Below, piece by piece: positions 1 to 8,470 of a stretch of DNA of 54,592 bases. The notes under the pieces are model-generated. The model made no database searches. It was not told the DNA's origin and saw only the letters and a list, made by a program, of their open reading frames with translations. This DNA is from Candidatus Margulisiibacteriota bacterium (GTDB taxonomy: Bacteria; Margulisbacteria; WOR-1; XYC2-FULL-46-14; WPAF01), in NCBI GenBank assembly GCA_041648295.1, contig JBAZPF010000001.1, positions 1 to 54,592 of the forward strand, written 5' to 3'. The translations under genes and the position numbers were made by a program. Position 1 is the stretch's first letter. Every line of letters starts with the position of its first letter.

Positions 1-500
1 GCACTTCACGCGGAGTGCTGGGCGTGGGCGTACCCATGGCCACCTCTATTGCTGATTGCGCCGCCGCCAGGGACGCTTATTATAAAGAAAACGGAATTTA
101 TGTGCCGATAATCGGCGACGGCGGCATGGCCACCGGCGGAGATATTTGTAAAGCGATCGCCTGCGGAGCGGATGCGGTGATGATCGGCTCGCCTATCGCC
201 AGATCAGAAGAAGCTCCAGGCAGAGGCTTCCATTGGGGAATGGCAACTCCTAACGCCGCCCTGCCCCGAGGCTCACGCATAAGGGTCGGGACGATCGGGA
301 CGTTAAAAGAAATACTGCACGGGCCGGCAAAATATGACGACGGTTCAATGAACCTGGTCGGCGCGCTAAAAACATCCATGGGAACATTGGGCGCAGCCAC
401 GATCAAAGAGATGCAGCATGTTGAAGTTGTTATTGCTCCTTCGCTTTTAACTGAAGGAAAAGTTTACCAGAAGGCTCAGTCGCTGGGAATGTATAAGTAA
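1..500 (+). CDS. IMP dehydrogenase-family protein, C-terminal part (5' end outside the window)
   Basis: The frame is open from the window edge. Motifs GVGVPMAT, IIGDGG, GGDICKAIACGADAVMIGSP and EEAPGRGFHWGMA match the IMPDH TIM-barrel C-terminal half. The tail resembles the IMPDH-related/GuaB3 type more than canonical GuaB. Confidence 0.75.
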   Translation, partial: TSRGVLGVGVPMATSIADCAAARDAYYKENGIYVPIIGDGGMATGGDICKAIACGADAVMIGSPIARSEEAPGRGFHWGMATPNAALPRGSRIRVGTIGTLKEILHGPAKYDDGSMNLVGALKTSMGTLGAATIKEMQHVEVVIAPSLLTEGKVYQKAQSLGMYK

Positions 501-536
501 AAATGGAACCTGCGACTAAACGTCGCGGTTCCATTT
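501..536. repeat. REP-like bulged hairpin directly after the guaB-family stop (possible terminator)
   Basis: AAATGGAACC-T-GCGAC/TAAAC/GTCGC-GGTTCCATTT. The 28-nt core at 505-532 recurs at 27323-27350. The T-run at 546-552 is 9 nt downstream. Confidence 0.6.
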
Positions 537-624
537 AGTTGCAGGTTTTTTTCTTCCCGGTTTTTCCACTTAATTATTACTTAAAAACTGAAATATCGTT
601 TTCATTTTAACGATATATATTCAA

Positions 625-2103
625 ATGAGTATGGCAATTCCTGATTCACTTCAAAATGTTAGAAACGCAACCTTGGTCATGAAACCATATATAGCTCTTA
701 GGTCTAAAGGGGTCAGCCATGAGCAAGCACTACAATTTTCTAAAGGTTATGTTGCACTTGAAGGCCACCAAAACATTCTAAGTGAAGCCGGAAAAATATT
801 ATTTGGAAGCGCCACAAACTTTGTTGCGCCGGAGGCAGGCTCATTTTCTCCGCATTTGTCAGACAGGCTAAACAATGTCATCCCGGAATTACCTTCTGTG
901 AGGAGCCCTAAACTGCATCTTTTTGTTTCACCTTCAGACAGCTTGACTACAGCAGAAAAATCCAGTCTCATTCAATTATTTAATTCCAATCCATGGGGGA
1001 AGACGCATGCATTACAAATAAGTAGAGGATGTTCAAATCAGTGTCTTATTTGCGGATTCGACGCTGCGACAATCATGACGCATATGCCATATCCAATGAT
1101 TTTAGCTATTGCCAAGGAATTTATTTCCGCTGAAATGATGTTTAAAGGCAATACTTTATCTTATTATCTTGACAGCGATCCTTTCCTTTACAGAGACAAA
1201 GCATTTGACGCAGATTTTGGAGATGTAATGAGAGCATTAAAAGAAGAAAAATTTAATAAATATGGCCACATGGCTAATAGCATGCATCTAATACTAACCC
1301 ATGGCTGGTGGCAAAACGATAAATACGCGCAGGCAGCGGCAATAAAATTTAGAGAATATGGGATTGGCGGAGTCTTACTAACTATTCATTTATTCCACCG
1401 GGAAATAGAAAGAAATCTTACTGATCCAAAAAAATTACAAGGCTTAATAGATAAATATGCGGAAAGGTTTAGAAATGCCATGTCACTGCTTCGGCCAAAC
1501 ATAAGATTAATCGGGATTGAAGGCGCCGATATCCCGGAAGTATTTTCACTCGAATATGTCCGTTCTCTTTTTCATAATAAAATAAAAACGGGGCTAGAAC
1601 ATCTTATTGCCTTATCTGATCTGCCAACCTATGTAACTGATCAATATGGAAGATATGAAATGAACCCATACGAGACCTGGGGGGTGTTGGTAAAGGAAGG
1701 TTTTATAGAGGAATGCACTGATTGTGAAAATAGAACAGGAATCAATAGAATAGGAAGAGTTTCGATGAAAATAGATGAGATCAAACCGAAAGATTTTTCT
1801 ATTGGGAATTATAATGAGGCTCAAAATTGGGCGATTGGTAGTTTTCTGAGAACTGAACGGAGTCGGCAATCAAAAAGTGAAGTTGAGGAAAGATCAAATA
1901 TCGTCCGACATAAAGCTTTACCGATTTTAATTTCTGCAGGCAGAGGAAAAACCTTTGCGGAAAGACTGGGCGTCTCATTCCCCGACGGCTCAATGGGTAG
2001 CGAGAGACCCAATTCTGTTATTTTTAGGCCAAATGGCGAAGTTGAGACAATACATGAAACCAGTGAAGGAAACAGATTAACCATATTACACAAATTATTT
2101 TAA
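625..2103 (+). CDS. Divergent radical-SAM-like protein (492 aa), function unknown
   Basis: Cys136-x3-Cys140-x2-Cys143 (SRGCSNQCLICGF, nt 1030-1053) is followed in radical-SAM order by DSDPFL (GGEP-like) and LILTHGW (TNG-like). The N- and C-terminal ~130 aa are unrecognisable. The gene is AT-rich and GATC-poor, with no SD and no native-type promoter geometry. Confidence 0.55.
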   Translation: MSMAIPDSLQNVRNATLVMKPYIALRSKGVSHEQALQFSKGYVALEGHQNILSEAGKILFGSATNFVAPEAGSFSPHLSDRLNNVIPELPSVRSPKLHLFVSPSDSLTTAEKSSLIQLFNSNPWGKTHALQISRGCSNQCLICGFDAATIMTHMPYPMILAIAKEFISAEMMFKGNTLSYYLDSDPFLYRDKAFDADFGDVMRALKEEKFNKYGHMANSMHLILTHGWWQNDKYAQAAAIKFREYGIGGVLLTIHLFHREIERNLTDPKKLQGLIDKYAERFRNAMSLLRPNIRLIGIEGADIPEVFSLEYVRSLFHNKIKTGLEHLIALSDLPTYVTDQYGRYEMNPYETWGVLVKEGFIEECTDCENRTGINRIGRVSMKIDEIKPKDFSIGNYNEAQNWAIGSFLRTERSRQSKSEVEERSNIVRHKALPILISAGRGKTFAERLGVSFPDGSMGSERPNSVIFRPNGEVETIHETSEGNRLTILHKLF

Positions 2104-2123
2104 TCTTTAGTAATCTATCGGAT

Positions 2124-2153
2124 TTGAAAATTTCATATAACCCGTGTTATACT
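2124..2153 (+). promoter_or_regulatory. guaA promoter (leaderless geometry)
   Basis: TTGAAA (2124-2129), 18-nt spacer, TGtTATACT (2145-2153), then 5 nt to ATG 2159. Confidence 0.5.
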
Positions 2154-2158
2154 GTGCC

Positions 2159-3712
2159 ATGTCGCAACCGCATGATCTAATTGCCATCCTCGATTTCGGC
2201 GCGCAGTATTCAATGCTTATCGCCCGCAGAGTAAGGGAATGCAATGTATATTGCGAGATACTGCCCTACAACACTCCCGCTTCCGAGCTTAAAAAAAGGA
2301 ACATTAAAGGTATAATCCTTTCCGGCGGTCCTTCGTCAGTCTATGATAAAGAGGCTCCAAAAGGCGATCCGGAAATTTTTAAGTCCGGGATTCCCATCCT
2401 TGGTATCTGTTACGGCCTCCAACTGATCGGTTCAGAAATGGGCGGCGAGGTAAAGCCAGGGACCAAAAAAGAATACGGCAAGACCATGCTGAAGATAGAC
2501 GACCAGACCAATCTTTTTGCCGGTCTGGACGGCGAGATCCAATGCTGGATGAGCCATGGAGATTGCGTAGCCAAACTGCCGGCTGGATTCGTTTCCCTCG
2601 CGCACACCGATAACACGCCAAATGCGGCATTCGGGAATATTGAAAAGAAAATCTACGGCGTCCAGTTCCATCCCGAGGTCGTGCATACGCCAAAAGGGGT
2701 AGAAATCATAAAGAATTTCCTATACATCGTCTGTGATGCCAAGCCTACCTGGACCACAAAAAATTTCCTTGAAGTGGCCGCTGAAGAAGTAAAAAAAACG
2801 GTTGGTTCGGAAAATATCCTTTGCGCCTTATCCGGCGGCGTAGACTCGACCGTTGTTTCCGTCCTGGTGCATAAGGCGGTCGGAAAACAATTGACCTGCA
2901 TGTTCATAAACCAGGGTTTTATGAGGAAAAACGAGCCGCAAAAGATCGAAAAGATATTCAAAGACTTTTTCGGGATAAATTTTATTCACATTGACGCGTC
3001 CGAAAGGTTTTATGAGAAGTTAAAAGGTATTACCGATCCGGAAGAAAAGCGCCATCGCATAGGGAATGAATTTATAAGAGTATTTGAGGAAGAGGCTAAA
3101 AAGCTGGGAACTATGCCCTATCTTGCTCAAGGCACACTATATCCTGATGTTATCGAATCGGCCGTGCCTGGCCTCTCTGCCACGACCGCGGTCAGGATCA
3201 AAACCCATCACAATGTCGGCGGTTTGCCAAAAGATATTTCATTTAAACTTGTCGAGCCGCTAAAAAAGCTATTTAAAGATGAAGTGCGCGCATTAGGAAG
3301 AGAACTTGGCGTGCCGGAAGAGATCGTCACTCGCCAGCCTTTCCCCGGGCCCGGCCTGGCTATCCGCATTATCGGCGAAGTTACGCCGGAACGGGTAAAG
3401 ATCCTCCAGGAAGTTGATGATATTATCGTTTCTGAAATAAAAGAAGCGGGATTCTACAAGAAAGTCTGGCAGTCTTTTGGCGTTCTTCTGCCGATCCGAA
3501 CCGTTGGGGTTATGGGCGATAAAAGGACATATTTAAATACCGTGGCGTTAAGAGTGGTCCAGTCAACCGACGCCATGACCGCCGATTGGGCCAAATTGCC
3601 TTATGAACTGCTTGAAAAGATAAGCAGTCGGATAATAAATGAAAGCCCACAGGTAAACCGCGTCGTTTACGATATCTCCTCAAAACCGCCGGCCACGATC
3701 GAGTGGGAATAA
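2159..3712 (+). CDS. guaA: GMP synthase (glutamine-hydrolysing)
   Basis: GATase-1 motifs ([23 protein letters not shown]), an ATP-PPase SGGVDS loop and the C-terminal dimerisation tail PPATIEWE. Start moved from GTG 2144 to ATG 2159, which lies 5 nt after a TGtTATACT -10. Confidence 0.95.
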   Translation: MSQPHDLIAILDFGAQYSMLIARRVRECNVYCEILPYNTPASELKKRNIKGIILSGGPSSVYDKEAPKGDPEIFKSGIPILGICYGLQLIGSEMGGEVKPGTKKEYGKTMLKIDDQTNLFAGLDGEIQCWMSHGDCVAKLPAGFVSLAHTDNTPNAAFGNIEKKIYGVQFHPEVVHTPKGVEIIKNFLYIVCDAKPTWTTKNFLEVAAEEVKKTVGSENILCALSGGVDSTVVSVLVHKAVGKQLTCMFINQGFMRKNEPQKIEKIFKDFFGINFIHIDASERFYEKLKGITDPEEKRHRIGNEFIRVFEEEAKKLGTMPYLAQGTLYPDVIESAVPGLSATTAVRIKTHHNVGGLPKDISFKLVEPLKKLFKDEVRALGRELGVPEEIVTRQPFPGPGLAIRIIGEVTPERVKILQEVDDIIVSEIKEAGFYKKVWQSFGVLLPIRTVGVMGDKRTYLNTVALRVVQSTDAMTADWAKLPYELLEKISSRIINESPQVNRVVYDISSKPPATIEWE

Positions 3713-3778
3713 ACCGCAAGTTTTAGCCGCTTTGATCCGATATATACTATAGAAGCACATGCTTGCCTGTTAGCATCA

Positions 3779-6700
3779 ATGATGCTCATGATGGGAAGTT
3801 TTTTGCTTCTCTTTATGAACGCAATACAAAAATCTACCCTATTTGCTCCCGGTGGTCCCCTAGCTCCCTGGGCGGGACCATTGCCCGGGAATAGATCAAC
3901 CCAAAAAAAGACCGCACAACCAGCGCAACAGCCGTCTCCAGCTGAAGCGCCGCAAAATGCCGAGCTATTGGAAGCTTTGCAGGCACGGCTCGGCATAACT
4001 CAAATCCAAGCCGCGCAAGAGTTATCCGCCTCTGAACAATGCCTTAAAATATTATGCGATTTAAGTGATAGTGATTATTTAGAACTGAAAACCGCCTGCA
4101 ATTTAAACAGCAATGACAGTATCAATGATCTGGCCAATAAAATCACGCAATGTAAAACACATTCGCCAATTATTGATAAAACCAAAGCCGCTTTATTGCG
4201 ATTCGGGGAATATCAGGAGAAAGAAAAAGAAATATTGCAAAAACTGCGAGTTTCAAGATCGGCGGAATTTGAACATTTTGAGACTGAACGAAACGCCTTA
4301 TTAAAAAGGGCATTTAATGTCACTTTAAACTTGCTAAAAGATGACCCAAGACTGGCCAGGTATTATGAAATATTGAAAAAATATAATATTACATCCCCTC
4401 TTGATATAACCCGCGATACGCTTAATAAAATGAGCGTGCTGGAGGAAACTATATTCACATCCAGAACGGCGCAAATTAAACCCCTTGCGATTTCGAATTT
4501 AAACCATAAAGAGCTGACAAGATATTTTGAGCTTGAAAAGAGCATTAAAAACAGAATTGACCGGATGGTTACAGATGAAATATCCGCCAATAATAAAGAA
4601 CTTGCACCAATAAGGGAAAAGACATTAAAAATAGAGGGCCTTCTTGAAATCGATTCTGAAATAAAGGATTTGCAATTGTCCCGTCTCACAAAAGAATCCG
4701 CGTCTTTGATCAAGGAATACATTTCCGCTTATAAATCATTGATAGCCGCCCTAAAAACCCCGCAATTTGACGATGACAATATTGCCGGATCGGCCTTAAA
4801 TAAAATCAGCGAATCGATCATTCAGGAAATCGGGAATGAGTATAAAAATGCATATATAGATACCCCTACCGATCCGGAAAAACAGTCATTTAAATCTTTA
4901 ATGCTTATAATCGCAAAGCTCCATATAACTGATGAGAAGATAACCAGCTTTTTTATGCGTCTGGCCAATCCGGTATTAAGCGCAGAAGACCGCAATGACC
5001 TATTTAGAGCCAGAACACTTAATTTCTTCGGCGTTAATTTATCAAAAACCAATATCAATCCCCTGATCTATCAAAACCAAAGTATAACCTCATATATTGA
5101 AGCAAATCATAAAGAATTCAATCATTTGCTTAACAATTACGCCCAAAGCATAAGAGACTATTTCAAAACGATCAGGGAAAACAAGTCTGTAATAGGATCC
5201 GGTCATTCAAGGTCCACCGCCCTATTCTATGCTCTTAGATCGGCCGGGTATTCCGAACAGGATCTTCTGGTCATAAACGCCATGACAGCTTATGAAAATA
5301 TCGGTTCGGAAAGAAAAGTTCTTCTAACCGGGACAAAGGAAGAACAATTAAAAAAATGCCTGGAGGAGATCAAAAAACTATTGGACTTCATAAAAACAGA
5401 TGATTTTAAAAAATTAAGCCCCGGGAATAAAGGAAAAACATTGCAGGACTTTGACTGCCTGGGAATGATCATTCAATGCCTGGCCGGTTCAAAAGTTGAA
5501 GGGGATTATCAGATTAACCTTTTTGCTTTTGACACTAAATTCGGCGCCACGATTGAATCTGAATCGTCATCATATGAAGAAACTTTTAATGCCGATGATG
5601 ACGCGAATTCCAGAAGCATGATTAAGAGATTTTTTGTCGGAGGAGAAGGATTGTCCTCCGGCCTAAATCCCTGGTCAATACTTTCCAATCATATTTACAA
5701 TTCTAGGATAACAAACGAACCGCTTGATCAGGGTTTTATCGATGAAGTCACAAAACATTCTCCACTGGGAGAACTGGCAGGATATGACGGCCAATATGAT
5801 CTTGAAAGATTAAAAACATTGTTCATGGAATGCTTTATAAATAAGGCGCTTGAGATAAATCAGCAATCCATGCCGAATTATGAAGCGTCCAGGTCGAAAC
5901 TGCTTAATTGGCTAAAGTCATTTATAACGGCAATAAGAAATGAGGTCAAAAGCAACCCTAAATTTGCCGGGTCGCCGGAAATGGAGAAGAGAATGGGCGT
6001 CCTTAGCTTGATCCATAGAGCACTTCTTGAATCCAAGCTTTTTACCGAAGGCGAATTAAACAAATATTTTTCTGACAATCCGATCGTTCCAATCACGGCT
6101 AAATTAACTTCGTCCGATTTAAATCGGGGCGGAGTTTACAGAACGGTTGGCTATGAAAGTCTTCCGTCAGGGATTCGGGATCAGTTTAAGAACGCCGGTT
6201 TTGCGGATTTTTGCCGTCAGCATCCCGATCTCCAAATATACTGGGCGCCTGATGACGCGTCAAATAAAGCATTCGGAGGATACGCCACATTTGATGATAA
6301 TACAATAGTTATAGTTTATCAAAATAAACGGCAAAGCACGCATCCCGCATGGTATCTTGCCAGTGTCATATCGCACGAACTCCAGCATAAGATCGACAAC
6401 CGGAATCTCTTAAGACATATTTCAGCCAATCCTTCTTATGCTAATGTGATATCAATTACCCCTTCTTTAATAACAGAGCGAAATGCTTATTTAACTCAAC
6501 TTAGATACCTTTCCGGTTTGCCACAGAAAACAAAAGCGGTCAAAGAATATATCAAATATATTTCTGATATCATCATCAAGTCCAATATATTATTGGATAT
6601 AAAAGATTTAAACAATAGGACTTTAATTGATCCTCCTTACGATGCTTCGATCCTGCAAGCGCAAGCAATTGATATTCATCCGGAGATAAACATCCCACTT

Positions 6701-7063
6701 AACTCTTCATTTTTAATTAATCTTCATGATGTTATTTCAATCCTGGGTTATGATCATGATGAAAATAATTATCTGTTAGGATCTTGCGCTCAAATCATTT
6801 CAGGTGGCTTATTAAATCTGGCAGACACTGATCGCGGCAATCGCAATATTATAGTAGATTTCATAGGAAAATTAATGGGGGCCAATACGAACGGATATTT
6901 AACTGATGAACTTCTAAACCGGATCGCGGCAATTAAAGCTTCAGCTGATTACCGTAAAAAACATACTAATGATAAAAGCGCGGCCCCCATCATTTCTTCA
7001 GATTTTTTATTATCTTTAATCATTGATTTTGCGAATAGGCAGCGCGCCGCCGGAACAAGATAA
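3779..7063 (+). CDS. Large ORFan protein (1094 aa) with a C-terminal HExxH...E putative metallopeptidase motif
   Basis: One uninterrupted ORF. It has a hydrophobic N-terminus, a Pro/Gln-rich linker, a long helical-looking middle, and SHELQHKID (HELQH = nt 6374-6388) with a Glu 34 residues downstream (LITERNAY). Mostly AT-rich. No family recognised. Confidence 0.6.
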   Translation: MMLMMGSFLLLFMNAIQKSTLFAPGGPLAPWAGPLPGNRSTQKKTAQPAQQPSPAEAPQNAELLEALQARLGITQIQAAQELSASEQCLKILCDLSDSDYLELKTACNLNSNDSINDLANKITQCKTHSPIIDKTKAALLRFGEYQEKEKEILQKLRVSRSAEFEHFETERNALLKRAFNVTLNLLKDDPRLARYYEILKKYNITSPLDITRDTLNKMSVLEETIFTSRTAQIKPLAISNLNHKELTRYFELEKSIKNRIDRMVTDEISANNKELAPIREKTLKIEGLLEIDSEIKDLQLSRLTKESASLIKEYISAYKSLIAALKTPQFDDDNIAGSALNKISESIIQEIGNEYKNAYIDTPTDPEKQSFKSLMLIIAKLHITDEKITSFFMRLANPVLSAEDRNDLFRARTLNFFGVNLSKTNINPLIYQNQSITSYIEANHKEFNHLLNNYAQSIRDYFKTIRENKSVIGSGHSRSTALFYALRSAGYSEQDLLVINAMTAYENIGSERKVLLTGTKEEQLKKCLEEIKKLLDFIKTDDFKKLSPGNKGKTLQDFDCLGMIIQCLAGSKVEGDYQINLFAFDTKFGATIESESSSYEETFNADDDANSRSMIKRFFVGGEGLSSGLNPWSILSNHIYNSRITNEPLDQGFIDEVTKHSPLGELAGYDGQYDLERLKTLFMECFINKALEINQQSMPNYEASRSKLLNWLKSFITAIRNEVKSNPKFAGSPEMEKRMGVLSLIHRALLESKLFTEGELNKYFSDNPIVPITAKLTSSDLNRGGVYRTVGYESLPSGIRDQFKNAGFADFCRQHPDLQIYWAPDDASNKAFGGYATFDDNTIVIVYQNKRQSTHPAWYLASVISHELQHKIDNRNLLRHISANPSYANVISITPSLITERNAYLTQLRYLSGLPQKTKAVKEYIKYISDIIIKSNILLDIKDLNNRTLIDPPYDASILQAQAIDIHPEINIPLNSSFLINLHDVISILGYDHDENNYLLGSCAQIISGGLLNLADTDRGNRNIIVDFIGKLMGANTNGYLTDELLNRIAAIKASADYRKKHTNDKSAAPIISSDFLLSLIIDFANRQRAAGTR

Positions 7064-7064
7064 T

Positions 7065-8054
7065 CTACCTCTTTCTTTTTGGGGATATCCTTGCCTTCTC
7101 ATGCTCCTTCCAGTTTGAAGAAAAAATGTGAGTGCCATCTTTTTTGGCCACAAAATATAAATAATCGGTTTTGGCCGGATAGATCGCCGCTTTTATGGAT
7201 TCCATACCCGGACTGCAAATAGGCCCCGGAGGCAATCCCCTATTTATATAAGTATTATACGGCGACTTTACTTTCAACTGATCAAAATAAACTATTTTAC
7301 TTGGCCTCTCAAGCGCGTATTTTACGGTTGGACAGGCGTCCATTGCCATTTTAATATCCAGTCGGTTATGGAACACCGAAGATATTATGGCGCGCTCTTC
7401 TGATGTTGCCGCTTCTTTTTCGATTATCGAAGCGAGCGTTAAGATCTCGTGTAAATTATATTTTGTCGCTTTTTTATTGGCCCCCCAATAAGGGGCCACA
7501 ACTTCGGTGAACCGCTTGAACATCATTTTCGCCAGCGCTTCCGTAGATATTCCTTTCTCAAAAACATAAGTGTCCGGGAACAAATATCCTTCAAGCGAAT
7601 TGTCGGGAATGCCGTATTCCTTTGCCAAATGGGTCTTTGTCAGTCTGCGAAAATCTTCAAAACAGGCAATGCCTTCTTTTTCAAGGATCGTTCCCATTTT
7701 ATAGATCGAAGTCCCTTCGGGGATGGTCACTTTCAGCAATTCTTCCGGAACCGCCTCGCCTGCCGCCAACTTTTTTAAAACATCGATCAGGATCGGATGA
7801 GAAGAAAACTTATATTTACCGGCTTTGACCTTATCGGTAATAAACAGCATTCGTGCCGCTATTTTAAAATCAAGGTCCCTCTTAATGACCCCGGAAACCT
7901 TTAATAGAAATGCAACCTGATTGAATGATGTCCCTTTTTGTATCTCGATCGTGACTGGAGCATCATTGGTCCCCGCCTGAAGAAAGACAGAAAGCAGCGA
8001 GAATAAGGAAAAAGTTATAAGCAATATTATGATTATTAACGCGAGTTTTTTCAT
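7065..8054 (-). CDS. mltG: Endolytic murein transglycosylase MltG (YceG family)
   Basis: N-terminal TM helix plus hallmark motifs EGYLFPDTY, ASIIEKEA and SPYNTY..GLPPGPICSPG. Confidence 0.9.
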   Translation of the reverse strand: MKKLALIIIILLITFSLFSLLSVFLQAGTNDAPVTIEIQKGTSFNQVAFLLKVSGVIKRDLDFKIAARMLFITDKVKAGKYKFSSHPILIDVLKKLAAGEAVPEELLKVTIPEGTSIYKMGTILEKEGIACFEDFRRLTKTHLAKEYGIPDNSLEGYLFPDTYVFEKGISTEALAKMMFKRFTEVVAPYWGANKKATKYNLHEILTLASIIEKEAATSEERAIISSVFHNRLDIKMAMDACPTVKYALERPSKIVYFDQLKVKSPYNTYINRGLPPGPICSPGMESIKAAIYPAKTDYLYFVAKKDGTHIFSSNWKEHEKARISPKRKR

Positions 8055-8470
8055 TTTCTTTTGCTGTCAAGATAACTCTGTAAAATATACGTGGCGGCTG
8101 ATTTATCAACAACTTTGCGCCGCTTTTTAAAAGAGAGCCCGGTCTCCGACAGCATCCTTTCAGCCTGGACCGTGGTCAGCCTTTCGTCCCAGGTATTTAT
8201 CGGTATTTTAAAAGCGGCTTTGAGCGCTTCCTGGAACTTGAACACCTTCTCCGCCTGGATGCCTATTTCGCCGGACATTTTTATCGGCAGGCCGATCAAC
8301 ACCTCGTCAATCCCCTCATATTTTTTTATTATTTTTTTTAATTCCCTTATGTCTTCTTCATAAGTGTCGCGCTTGCCGATGACGGCCACCCCCTGGGCGG
8401 TGAGCCCAAGAGGATCACTGATCGCAACCCCTATTCTTTTATCTCCGTAATCTATGCCCAGGATTCTCAT
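8051..8470 (-). CDS. ruvX: Holliday-junction resolvase-like / pre-16S rRNA nuclease YqgF
   Basis: MRILGIDYGDKRIGVAISD N-terminus and the conserved alaS-ruvX-mltG synteny. 4-nt overlaps with both neighbours. Confidence 0.9.
   Translation of the reverse strand: MRILGIDYGDKRIGVAISDPLGLTAQGVAVIGKRDTYEEDIRELKKIIKKYEGIDEVLIGLPIKMSGEIGIQAEKVFKFQEALKAAFKIPINTWDERLTTVQAERMLSETGLSFKKRRKVVDKSAATYILQSYLDSKRK

Noticed and set aside
2144-2158. GTG 2144 as the guaA start (MLYCAMSQ...).
   Set aside because: The extra five codons overlap the predicted TGtTATACT -10 (2145-2153). ATG 2159 gives the canonical GuaA N-terminus ([18 protein letters not shown]) and fits the leaderless geometry.
3667-3996. 109-aa minus-strand ORF spanning the guaA stop and the start of the 1094-aa gene.
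   Set aside because: It is antisense to two coding regions. Its openness is explained by the locally G+C-rich, Pro/Ala-coding stretch. It has no start context or motifs.
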